Positions 55,774 to 64,000 of a stretch of DNA of 64,000 nucleotides are shown piece by piece. Position 1 is the first letter of the stretch; each line of letters opens with the position of its first letter. Source of the DNA: Candidatus Micrarchaeia archaeon (GTDB taxonomy: Archaea; Micrarchaeota; Micrarchaeia; Anstonellales; Bilamarchaeaceae); the NCBI GenBank assembly GCA_046331685.1, contig JAXLQI010000002.1, positions 34,630-98,629 of the forward strand, in the 5' to 3' direction. The position numbers were made by a program, and so were the translations under genes. The notes beneath the pieces are model-generated. The model was not told the origin of the DNA. It did no database searches and worked only from the letters and a program-made list of their open reading frames with translations.

Positions 55774-58446
55774 ATGAGGCTGTTGCTCCTTGCCCTGGTC
55801 CTTCTGACTCTCTTCCCCGCGATCCATGCTGACAGTTCGACCTGCGCGACCTGCTCCGAGCTGATCAATGCATCCACGACCGGCATCTTCGTGGAGGTCC
55901 GCGATGCCGACCCCACGAACCAGTACATCAAGATCACAGGATACTACAACAACGTCACAGCTTCCCCTTCCAGGCAGCCCCTGAAGGACTCTATCATAGT
56001 CATCCAGCTCACGAACTCCACCACCCTCAACGTCCTGCAGAAGACATACACGGACGGCAACGGCTCGGCCAAATTCAAGTACAACAACTGGAACCACACC
56101 TGCCTCAACTTCAAGGTGATGTACTGCCCCTACTGCAATCCCCCGAGCGCGAATTGCACCGGATTCAAGCAGTGCCTGGATTTCGCCCAGATAAGCACCA
56201 ATGCGACGACGGCAGACCAGATAACCGATGCTGCGGATGCCGTCCAGCCCGGGACGCTGAACCCGGACAGATACCTGCCGCAGATAGGGACCGGCTCCTG
56301 GTGCCCGCCTCCGCCTCCACTCAGCGCGACGCCGGCGATCTGCCTCCCGCTCATACTCATATTCTCGCTCCTATCCGGAGCTCTCTACTTGACCGGCAGG
56401 AACCCCTTCGCGGCATTCAATATCGGCGGCCAGAGGGTGGGCCAGCACATAAAATACCAGGCAAGAGGGAGAGGGTTCTCCTTCAGCATAACCCAGGCTA
56501 TCATCGCCGGTTTCAGCGTCGGCCAGGCCGCCGCGACGATCAAGAAGGAAGGCATGAAAGGCTTCGTCAAGAAGGAAGTCGATTCGGTGAAAGCCAGAGG
56601 CTTCTATAACGTCTCAGGAACTATACGAGGCATCAAAGGAGGCCTCAAGGGCCTCTCCGACGCCCGGGCCCATGCCCGGGCTGGCAGGGGCACGGCTTCC
56701 GGAGCGAGAACCAGCGGGGGGCCGACACAGGTTTCGACTGCCCAGGGTGTGCAATCCGCCTCAGCCGGCGGAGGCCAGGTCCGGGGCGCGGACCTGATGG
56801 GTTCGGGAAGGGGCGGATGGGCAATACTAGACAATCCCCTCACGCGCATACTCACATTCGTGATAATGAGCTCCACAATCGGCCGCGCCTTCGATGCCAT
56901 GTATTCTGCCGCGACATTCAACGCAGATGCCGGACGCGGAAGGAGCGTCTTCGAAGCGATATTCGCTGACTCTCCGACAAGGCAGGCTTCAGAAGGCGTA
57001 GCGACAATCCGTGCGATGCGCGGCGCGGACGGCGGCTGGTTGGTCCGTTTCGGCCCTGGCAATGCCGAGACTGCCCAGGTCCTAGGCGAACGGGTGAATT
57101 CCGATGGATCCAGGACATACATCCTCGCAGCCCCTCCGGGGACCGGCCCTGTGAAGGATAACCAGATCCAGGTGACTATAGCCCAGAACGGCACCATCTC
57201 TTCGGTCAGTTTCACCCTGACTTTGCCAAGTCCGACAGCCCAATTCCCCAACGGAGAAGCCAGAGTCGTGATCTCTCCTGGCGCAAGGCCCGGCGATCCG
57301 ATGAATATCCAGGTCGCCGTGCCCAACCCGGATTCCCGGCCAGGTCAGCCACCAACGATCTTGGTTCCATATGAAAACCAGTTCATGCAGACCTTCGGCA
57401 CCGGAGCGACAGCCCACCAGGAACCTATGACCGGGGCCGACATGCTGAGCAAGATCCCGACTTTCCTGTCTCCGGGCAGCGACGGCCGAGACTTCCAGGC
57501 AGGCTATAATGCCACGATGCTGGTGGTATCGGATGCACAGAGGCAGATACAGGAAGCGATGGCTTTCGGCGGGCAATCTATCAGGGATCGCGTGATCTCT
57601 GACATGGCGAGCAGGCCGGAGATGAGGCCTGTGGTCCGAGAAGCACGCTATGATGTGGCCGTGGACGCATTATCGACCGTGCTCGGCATCGATCCGGCGT
57701 CGCTGCGTGCAGGCGGCACAGACCACCCGGAGCTCACGAGGGGCCTTTCGCCCGGCAGCAGCGAGGCCGGCGAAGTCGGAAGATACGAAGTAGCGGTGAC
57801 GAAATTCTCGAGCGCTGATTCGGCGGGCACTCTGTCATTCTTTGATGACCGGAGCGGCACCACGAGGACCATGACCTATTCGCAGATAGGGACGGCTGGA
57901 GGAGTGACTTATATGGCCGAAAGAGGGAATCCACCACTCTCAGATGCCGCACGTCCATTCGCGACAGAGGTTCTCCCCTCCGTCATCGGTCATATGGGCG
58001 GGGCCGAGCTCGCCGGCATGACGCCGGAAAGGCTTCAGGCAGCGATCGCAAGCGATCTGCCGCGTCTCAACGCAGAACGGGCGACACATGGGCTACCCCC
58101 GATAGCGATCGCAGGATCAGGCACTCCGCCCACCGGTGCTATAGTTATATCCGCGGGAACGATGACCGAAATGACACGCGTCTTCGCTCCCCAGATCTCG
58201 CAGGCCACTACTGAATTCCGCTCCAATATGGCCAGCAGCGGACTGCCTTCCGGGTTCATCGACCGCGTGATGACCTCGGACACTTCCACCCTGGGCACAC
58301 TGAGCGCAGCAGGGCGGATGATGTCCGATGACCACACGGCCGATCTCCTCTCATCCAGACCTACCCTGATTTCGGATTACCGGATCCCAGAGTCAGTATC
58401 CCAGAACCTGCGAGAGTTCGCTCTCATGCAAAGGGCTTCCGGATGA
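55774..58446 (+). CDS. Large (890 aa) signal-peptide protein: Cys-rich ectodomain, PPPPP linker, one TM, long basic Gly/Ala/Ser/Thr-rich domain
   Basis: Trimmed to ATG 55774 ('MRLLLLALVLLTLFPAIHADSSTCATC...'). Ectodomain has Cys clusters ('CLNFKVMYCPYCNPPSANCTGFKQC') and NxT sequons; TM 'ICLPLILIFSLLSGALYLTG'. Divergent from the six-paralog operon. Confidence 0.6.
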   Translation: MRLLLLALVLLTLFPAIHADSSTCATCSELINASTTGIFVEVRDADPTNQYIKITGYYNNVTASPSRQPLKDSIIVIQLTNSTTLNVLQKTYTDGNGSAKFKYNNWNHTCLNFKVMYCPYCNPPSANCTGFKQCLDFAQISTNATTADQITDAADAVQPGTLNPDRYLPQIGTGSWCPPPPPLSATPAICLPLILIFSLLSGALYLTGRNPFAAFNIGGQRVGQHIKYQARGRGFSFSITQAIIAGFSVGQAAATIKKEGMKGFVKKEVDSVKARGFYNVSGTIRGIKGGLKGLSDARAHARAGRGTASGARTSGGPTQVSTAQGVQSASAGGGQVRGADLMGSGRGGWAILDNPLTRILTFVIMSSTIGRAFDAMYSAATFNADAGRGRSVFEAIFADSPTRQASEGVATIRAMRGADGGWLVRFGPGNAETAQVLGERVNSDGSRTYILAAPPGTGPVKDNQIQVTIAQNGTISSVSFTLTLPSPTAQFPNGEARVVISPGARPGDPMNIQVAVPNPDSRPGQPPTILVPYENQFMQTFGTGATAHQEPMTGADMLSKIPTFLSPGSDGRDFQAGYNATMLVVSDAQRQIQEAMAFGGQSIRDRVISDMASRPEMRPVVREARYDVAVDALSTVLGIDPASLRAGGTDHPELTRGLSPGSSEAGEVGRYEVAVTKFSSADSAGTLSFFDDRSGTTRTMTYSQIGTAGGVTYMAERGNPPLSDAARPFATEVLPSVIGHMGGAELAGMTPERLQAAIASDLPRLNAERATHGLPPIAIAGSGTPPTGAIVISAGTMTEMTRVFAPQISQATTEFRSNMASSGLPSGFIDRVMTSDTSTLGTLSAAGRMMSDDHTADLLSSRPTLISDYRIPESVSQNLREFALMQRASG

Positions 58447-59364
58447 CAGGTATTGTCCAGAACGTCGCTCCACCCGGTGAAGACCCGATATACCGGCCAT
58501 CCGGAGGCGGGATGCAACCGGATGGAACAACTCTGTATGGCGTATCAGTGACCCGACACCAGTTATTGATCCAGCGCATCCGGAAACCCCGCGTTTCGTC
58601 GATCATTATGCCGAGAGAGGCGGGGGGGCCGTCGAAGCCCTGACCAGGGCGCAAGTTCGATTACCTTCCGGGAGGATGGTCACCGAAACGGCACGGACGT
58701 GCCTGGGGCGTTCTCGGGTTCGACATTCGCAGTCATCAGCTGGCCATCCTGCCCCCGGCGCCCCTGGAAGAATCATACTGAATACAGGCTGGCCAATCGC
58801 GGGCTGGACTCAAGAATCATCGAGGATCGACTCGGTTTCGTTCACACCCTCCTGAGCATGGCCTTGCCCTTCTGAAATCCCTGGCTATATCGCCCGAGCC
58901 GAGGCTGGCGATGAGATAGGCAAGGCGCAACAGCATAGGCCTCTCTAATCGAAAACCGGGATTACAGCACGGCGCGGGCAGAGACCGGCCGCGCGATCTC
59001 AGAATACACGACTGCTGCCGATGCCGCCCATGCTCGCGGCGATGAGGCTAGCGGAATCGCTCAGGAACACGGCGCAGGGCCTATGGGCGCCTGTTCTCTT
59101 ACATCGATCAAAGCCCCAGGTCTGCCCGGATCTTGATGCGATGCTCCTGCACCGGGACGGTGCCATGACACCCACGGATATCGGAACCGCGTATTCCGGC
59201 ACCGCCGGCGTGATCAGGGACCGCGCTGCCAGCGACATGATAAGGGTGAAGGAGCACATAGAAGAGAGGCTGCCCCCGAGGCCTCCCCGCGCAGAACCAC
59301 TCTACCGTGAAGGGGCGGATACAAGCTCATCGCCGCTCACCCCCAGGGTGGAATAGCTGATCGG

Positions 59365-59679
59365 ATGGACAAAGCACCACGGCCGATCAAACGCCTGACG
59401 ACCCTCCTCACCTCGGGCAACCTCTGGCTCTACATCCTCTCGCTCATCAGCAAGGAAGGGGAGCTCTACGCATATGCCCTGGACGAGCGGATCGAGAAGG
59501 ATTTCTCGTTCCGGCCCAACAAGATCATGGTCTACATAGTCCTCTACAAGCTCGAGGGCGAAGGGCTCATCGCCTCGAAGTTCGTAGAGCGCAGGAAATA
59601 CTACAAGCTCACCGACGAAGGGCGGAAGACCCTCCAGAGGGCGCGCGAGTATTTCAAAACCCTGTCTGAGAGGCTTTGA
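59365..59679 (+). CDS. PadR-family transcriptional regulator
   Basis: 104 aa winged helix ('LYAYALDERIEK...YIVLYKLEGEGLIASKF...KYYKLTDEGRKTL'). Confidence 0.8.
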   Translation: MDKAPRPIKRLTTLLTSGNLWLYILSLISKEGELYAYALDERIEKDFSFRPNKIMVYIVLYKLEGEGLIASKFVERRKYYKLTDEGRKTLQRAREYFKTLSERL

Positions 59680-59680
59680 C

Positions 59681-60214
59681 ATGAGGGTGATCATCACAGG
59701 CTCCCCTGGGAGCGGGAAGTCCACAGCCTCGGAACTGCTCGCGCGCAGGATGGGGCTCAGCCTGATCCGCATCAAGGACGTCGCCGAGGCCGAGGGGCTG
59801 GTAGGAAAAGGCGGCGAGGTCGATATCGGCAGGCTCGCCAGAAGCCTCTCCTTCCTCAGGGGCCGGGACGGGTATGTCGTCGAAGGCCATCTTGCCTGCG
59901 AGATGCGGCTTCCGGCGGATTTCCTGTTCATACTCAGATGCCGTCCTGACGAACTGCGGCGGAGGCTCAAGAGGAGGAGATACTCCAAGAGAAAGACAGA
60001 GGAGAACATCATGGCCGAGATGCTGGATTACTGCCTCCAGCGTGCCGAAGCCACCTATGCGATCAAGCCCCTCCAGATAGAGACGGCGGGGAGGAGCGCA
60101 ATCCAGACCGCCGCTGAAATGGAAAAAGCTATAAAACGGAATAAGAAGAAGATAGATGAGCCGGATTATTCAAAATCACTCGCCAGATATCTCGCTGAAG
60201 GTATGTCATCATGA
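59681..60214 (+). CDS. fap7: Adenylate kinase isoenzyme 6 / Fap7-like NTPase
   Basis: 177 aa; P-loop 'MRVIITGSPGSGKST'; size and architecture of archaeal Fap7. Confidence 0.7.
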   Translation: MRVIITGSPGSGKSTASELLARRMGLSLIRIKDVAEAEGLVGKGGEVDIGRLARSLSFLRGRDGYVVEGHLACEMRLPADFLFILRCRPDELRRRLKRRRYSKRKTEENIMAEMLDYCLQRAEATYAIKPLQIETAGRSAIQTAAEMEKAIKRNKKKIDEPDYSKSLARYLAEGMSS

Positions 60215-60708
60215 AGGAAGAGAAGAAGCTCATCGAAGCGGCCCTTTTCATCAGCTCGCGCGCCATGTCGCTCGAGGAATTCCGCACGCTCACGGGCATC
60301 GGCGCCCTCGGCTACATCCAGGGGGTCCTCAGCGAGCTGATGAAGGAATACGAGGACCGCGGGAGCGCAATAGAGATCATCGACCTGGACGGGAAATATG
60401 TCATGCGGGTGCGCAACGAGCACCTCGCCCGCGTGAAGCAGTTCGCCCAGGATACGGAGATCAGCAAGAGCGCCCTGCGCACGCTCGCTTACATATCGAA
60501 GAACGATGGCATCCTCAAGTCCAACCTGATAAAGAGGGTGGGCACTCATGCATATGCGGATGTGAAGGAGCTCGTGGAAGCCGGTTTCGTCAGGGCGCAG
60601 AAGGCCGGGAGGACCTCCAAGCTGGCGCTCACCGAGAAATTCAGGAAATATTTCGTCCAGCAGCCGCCGGCGGCCGACAACTCCCAAACCACATTGCAGC
60701 CTCAATGA
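60211..60708 (+). CDS. scpB: Segregation and condensation protein B
   Basis: 165 aa; tandem winged-helix pattern ('LIEAALFISSRAMSLEEF...', 'ALRTLAYISKNDGILKSNLIKRVG'); 4-nt overlap with the fap7 end. Confidence 0.75.
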   Translation: MKEEKKLIEAALFISSRAMSLEEFRTLTGIGALGYIQGVLSELMKEYEDRGSAIEIIDLDGKYVMRVRNEHLARVKQFAQDTEISKSALRTLAYISKNDGILKSNLIKRVGTHAYADVKELVEAGFVRAQKAGRTSKLALTEKFRKYFVQQPPAADNSQTTLQPQ

Positions 60709-60712
60709 TTTT

Positions 60713-60870
60713 GCTGACGTCGCATAACCTGGTAGTGCGCCGGTCTTGAATCCCGCCTTTTAGTAAAAGGCGGGCCCAAAACTGGGTTGTTTGCGAACCC
60801 CATCGGGGTTTGCCAACTAACAAAAAAACCGGTCCCTTCGGGATCGCAGGTTCAAATCCTGCCGTCAGCG
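60713..60870 (+). tRNA. tRNA-Ser(UGA), class II, with a 76-nt intron in the anticodon loop
   Basis: Acceptor GCTGACG/CGTCAGC; discriminator G. D-arm GCAT-AACCTGGTA-GTGC. Anticodon stem CCGGT/ACCGG; loop CTTGAAA, anticodon TGA (60747-60749). 13-nt variable hairpin (TCCC-TTC-GGGA); T-arm GCAGG-TTCAAAT-CCTGC. Intron 60751-60826. Confidence 0.65.
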
Positions 60871-60944
60871 TTTTCTTTATTCATATGCTCGCCAGCGGCT
60901 CGCATTATCAGCGATCGTCCCTAGATAGCAGAACAGATGACAAT

Positions 60945-62105
60945 CTACCTGCAGGCGTTCCTGAGCGAATAATACGCCCGGAGCTTATCCGCCCCGAGAT
61001 CGATCGAGGGGCTCAGGTATGGGATCCTGCATTCGCGGATGAACGTGATGATATCCGTGTAGCCATAGCAATACGCCGGCGGCTCCTGCCGCGGCTGCCC
61101 TTCCTTGCACCTTATCGGGTCCGAGAGCCCTCCATCGCTCTGGCAATATGCATCGCCTACCATCCTGCTCTCGGAGAAGCTCTGGACGAAACACTCTCCG
61201 TTAGCGAGCGAACCCTGGCAGGACGGCCGCGCGGTATTGAAATCCCTTGACCGGGCAGAACTGTTCCACATGCCGGAATACATGTTCCCGCTGATGTAGA
61301 CCGAGAACGCCCTGTCTTTCGAGAGCTCTCCCGGATCCCAGCCGAGAAGCTTCCTGTGGGACTGGATGAATGCTCGGCTGAGCCCCTCCAGCCTTTTCAT
61401 GACCGATGTCCCTAGGCAGATGGATTCCGACGCGATGAACGGGTTGAAGCTGTGGCTGCATGCGCTCGCTTCGTTGAGGTCGAGCTGGTAGAATCCGGAT
61501 CTCTTGTATATGTGGTTATACGGGCCCGGCGTGCCGCTCGAATCCTCCCAATACGTGTAAGGCGGATGCGGGGTCTGCATGAGCCCAAGCCCGACCCATC
61601 TCCAGGCCGGATCAGGGGATGGCGGGGGATTGCGCATGACGCAGCTTCCCCGCGGATCATGCATCTCGTCGAAGCCGGCCGAGTACCCCTGGCTGTTGCC
61701 GGAGCCGTCGGCCGGGAGGCATCCTGATGCCGAATTGGCCTTTATCGTGCTCATAGAGCAGGCCTTGCCCGCGGCGCATGGATCGAAGCCGCTCTCGCTC
61801 AGGATGAATGCACGCACGAGCAATGGATCCATCCTCCTGGCCTTGGACCACATCTCGACCTCTGGGAATGAGCGGCACGCGGTTTTCGGCACATCCACAA
61901 GGGGAAGCCCGAGATCGAACGGCGGCTGCTCCTTCTCATGCTCTTCCCGGCTCTCCACCATGACCGGAGGGAGCGCCGGCAGGCTCTGCGGCTGCTTCGA
62001 GCAGCTCAATAACACGACGGCAGCGCATGCTGCCGCTTTCAGACGCCTCCTCATACTGCCTTCCTGCGTGTTCATGCCCTCAACCTTGATATTAGTTGTT
62101 GTCAT
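60945..62105 (-). CDS. Lipoprotein-like secreted protein with lytic transglycosylase (SLT) catalytic-domain signature
   Basis: 'AAACAAVVLLSCSK' signal/lipobox-like; 'LVRAFILSESGFDPCAAG...WVGLGLMQ' matches the SLT E-S...GLMQ catalytic motif. Probable start at Met 62054. Confidence 0.55.
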   Translation of the reverse strand: MTTTNIKVEGMNTQEGSMRRRLKAAACAAVVLLSCSKQPQSLPALPPVMVESREEHEKEQPPFDLGLPLVDVPKTACRSFPEVEMWSKARRMDPLLVRAFILSESGFDPCAAGKACSMSTIKANSASGCLPADGSGNSQGYSAGFDEMHDPRGSCVMRNPPPSPDPAWRWVGLGLMQTPHPPYTYWEDSSGTPGPYNHIYKRSGFYQLDLNEASACSHSFNPFIASESICLGTSVMKRLEGLSRAFIQSHRKLLGWDPGELSKDRAFSVYISGNMYSGMWNSSARSRDFNTARPSCQGSLANGECFVQSFSESRMVGDAYCQSDGGLSDPIRCKEGQPRQEPPAYCYGYTDIITFIRECRIPYLSPSIDLGADKLRAYYSLRNACR

Positions 62106-62244
62106 TTATGTGGTCTTGTATTTAAAAGGCCTATCTCCGTCCTGCCTGATGGGCAGGTAGATACATGAAAGGCCACCGAATGGACGATTTATTAACACAA
62201 CTGCGCATATATCTAGATACATCTTCTACTAGTGGAGGGCTCAT

Positions 62245-62430
62245 ATGAGGATCAAATGCGACAAATGTTCGGTCAGCTGCACGGCTTCGGCAGAACGGCT
62301 CGAGGAGCTCGGCTGGAGCAGGCTCACGATCACTTCACCGTCGAAAAAGACGTTCACGAGATGCCCGATGCACCGCGCCGGCATGACCGAAGAGATCGGG
62401 AAGGCCCAGGGTCTCCGTATCGGCGGCTGA
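62245..62430 (+). CDS. Small Cys-containing (zinc-ribbon-like) protein
   Basis: 61 aa; 'CDKCSVSC...CPMH'; weak. Confidence 0.25.
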   Translation: MRIKCDKCSVSCTASAERLEELGWSRLTITSPSKKTFTRCPMHRAGMTEEIGKAQGLRIGG

Positions 62431-62728
62431 TTTTTTTACTGCGCAAGCCCATCCGGGCTGCGTGAGCTGCACGCCATAACCCCAACGAATCGGCGAGCGG
62501 CAATTTGTGCGGGTCCGAAGGACCCACAAACTGGCAATTATCCGCAGAATCCGTAACCGTTCATTCGTCTTGGGGGATGAATGAGCAAGCTGGCGGAGAC
62601 CGCATAAGACAGCGCTTGGCCCAAAAAAGGCCCAACAAACGATTCACCCCCGGATTTTATATCCTTTGCCGGGCCAAAGCGGATGGTTTTTATACATTGG
62701 CTTTGGCAATATCTGTTACGGTGTCTAT

Positions 62729-63124
62729 ATGGGAGAAAACAGAATCGTGACCGAACTTTTCCTGGAAAAGCCAAGCTTCAAAGAGGTATCCAGGGTGGCC
62801 AAGGCCTTAGCCGACGATGGGATCAAGACCATCATGATGCCGCCTGAGGACCGTGAGATAAACACCCATCTCGTCGTCGAGAACGCCGACCTGGAGAAGG
62901 TGCGGAAGAAGCTCAAGGCGATGAAGGTCAAGACTATGGAGAAGGAGGTCATAATCATCAGGCTCGAGAACAAGCCTGGCACCATGGCCGCTGCTTCTAA
63001 GAAGATCTCCGACGGAGGGATCAACCTTCTCTACGCGTTCTCCGTGACGATGACCCCGACGATGTCCTATGTCCTGCTCGGGACCGCCGACAACAAGGCG
63101 GCCCTCAAAGCGCTCGAGACCTAG
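62729..63124 (+). CDS. ACT-domain protein
   Basis: Trimmed to ATG 62729 ('MGENRIVTELF...'); two ACT-like beta-alpha-beta-beta-alpha-beta units. Confidence 0.5.
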   Translation: MGENRIVTELFLEKPSFKEVSRVAKALADDGIKTIMMPPEDREINTHLVVENADLEKVRKKLKAMKVKTMEKEVIIIRLENKPGTMAAASKKISDGGINLLYAFSVTMTPTMSYVLLGTADNKAALKALET

Positions 63125-64000
63125 GCTTCCCTCCTATCTATTATATCCGTGGCGTCCGGCCCTGTCCCGATGAGTGTGACCGGCACGCCGATCCTCTTCT
63201 CGGCATCCTCTATGAACGCCCTCGCCTCCATGCTCAGCTTCGGGTAGTCCCTGACCTTTTCGTTCCCGGGGAATCTCACGTCGATCTTCGTGATCGCGAT
63301 CTGCGTCGCGCCGTTTATCATCGCGGCGTTCCTCAGGTCCTCGAAGTGCAGATCCAGCGAGGTCCTCCGCGGCCTGCCGCTCACGGTCCCGTATTCCTGC
63401 ATCCCTTTCCCTTTGGCATCCTCTATGCTGATCTCACCAGGCAGCGGACCGCTCCCCACCCTGGTCGTGTATGCTTTGATCACCATTATCACCTGGTCTA
63501 TCCTTGTCGGGCCGAGGCCGACATCGGCCGCGATCGTGGATGCGGATACGTCCTTCGAGGTCACATACGGATAGGTGCCATAGACGTTTGAGAGCATGAA
63601 TGCCTGCGTCCCTTCGATCAGGACGGAATCGCTCATGTTGACCTCCTTTGCGACATCAGTGAGGTATCTCTTGAGCTCCGGGGCATCGGATACCGTCTTG
63701 CCGATCCGGTTAACCCGGTCCGACACGGCCGGGCCGCATCCGGTCTTGGTCGTCCCGATCCTCCTGGAGTTCTCCGAAGCGCTGTCGCGCTCGATATGCT
63801 CTTTCGTTATCAGCCCTGCACGGAAGTCGATCCCGAACCTCTCATGGCCGCCTATCAGGTCCAGCTCCCTGAGGAGGACATCCGGATCCACGAAGACGCC
63901 TGCGCCTATGAGGAGCCGCGCTTTCTCGTAGACGAAGCCGCAGGGCACCATCCGGAGGGGATATGTTTTGCCCTTGTACTGGACCGAATGGCCTGCATTG
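63121..64000 (-). CDS. purA: Adenylosuccinate synthetase (C-terminal part; the N-terminus lies beyond the window)
   Basis: 'GTTKTGCGPAVSDRVNRIG' resembles the conserved PurA GTTxRGIGPAY region, and 'TTRVGSGP' fits the PurA fold; ORF runs off the window end. Confidence 0.85.
   Translation of the reverse strand, partial: NAGHSVQYKGKTYPLRMVPCGFVYEKARLLIGAGVFVDPDVLLRELDLIGGHERFGIDFRAGLITKEHIERDSASENSRRIGTTKTGCGPAVSDRVNRIGKTVSDAPELKRYLTDVAKEVNMSDSVLIEGTQAFMLSNVYGTYPYVTSKDVSASTIAADVGLGPTRIDQVIMVIKAYTTRVGSGPLPGEISIEDAKGKGMQEYGTVSGRPRRTSLDLHFEDLRNAAMINGATQIAITKIDVRFPGNEKVRDYPKLSMEARAFIEDAEKRIGVPVTLIGTGPDATDIIDRREA

Noticed and set aside
55411-58446. 1011-aa ORF start for the divergent secreted protein
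   Set aside because: The first 121 aa overlap the minus-strand paralog 6 and precede a textbook signal peptide at Met 55774. A TATA-like 'ctttataaag' precedes 55774.
60810-61250. 146-aa ORF
   Set aside because: Overlaps the tRNA-Ser 3' exon and is antisense to the SLT lipoprotein gene.
1-64000. CRISPR arrays, rRNA genes, transposase or IS elements
   Set aside because: No regularly spaced short direct repeats, no rRNA-like conserved stretches and no DDE or HUH transposase ORFs were seen. The only recombinase is the tyrosine integrase.

Overview
This is a high-GC (about 60%) archaeal chromosomal segment. The archaeal call rests on fibrillarin, Bud32, Pop5, EndA, Elp3, Fap7, CDC48, ScpB and intron-containing tRNAs.

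What the window contains:
- Housekeeping genes on both strands: flpA, pyrBI, tmk, cdc48, bud32, elp3, ychF, cutA and a partial purA.
- A marR-emrA-emrB efflux operon.
- Three tRNAs with unusually long, mutually related introns: Glu-UUC, Leu-CAA and Ser-UGA.
- A candidate SRP (7S) RNA in a 450-bp gap with no real ORF.
- A low-GC (~40%) pair of tandem integrated elements at tRNA-Leu(CAA), from about 20.07 to 25.73 kb. They carry a tyrosine integrase, TTTGACC iterons and a decayed MscS gene.

The most unusual feature is an ~11-kb minus-strand operon (44401-55679):
- It has six tandem paralogous polytopic membrane proteins that share conserved motifs.
- One paralog carries a ~380-aa cysteine-rich ectodomain.
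- Directly downstream is a 1311-aa secreted Cys-rich protein dense in N-glycosylation sequons.
- A divergently transcribed 890-aa signal-peptide/TM protein sits immediately upstream.
- I could not assign the paralogs to any known family and propose the cluster as a candidate undescribed cell-envelope or surface-assembly system.

Other accessory content includes peptidoglycan-type hydrolase domains (M23 and SLT), a signal-peptide Lon-like S16 protein, an orphan SPPY DNA methyltransferase and a Kce/PaaK-like pair. The ORF track uses alternative start codons (for example TTG at 13258). Several N-terminal ORF extensions were therefore trimmed to the first plausible ATG.
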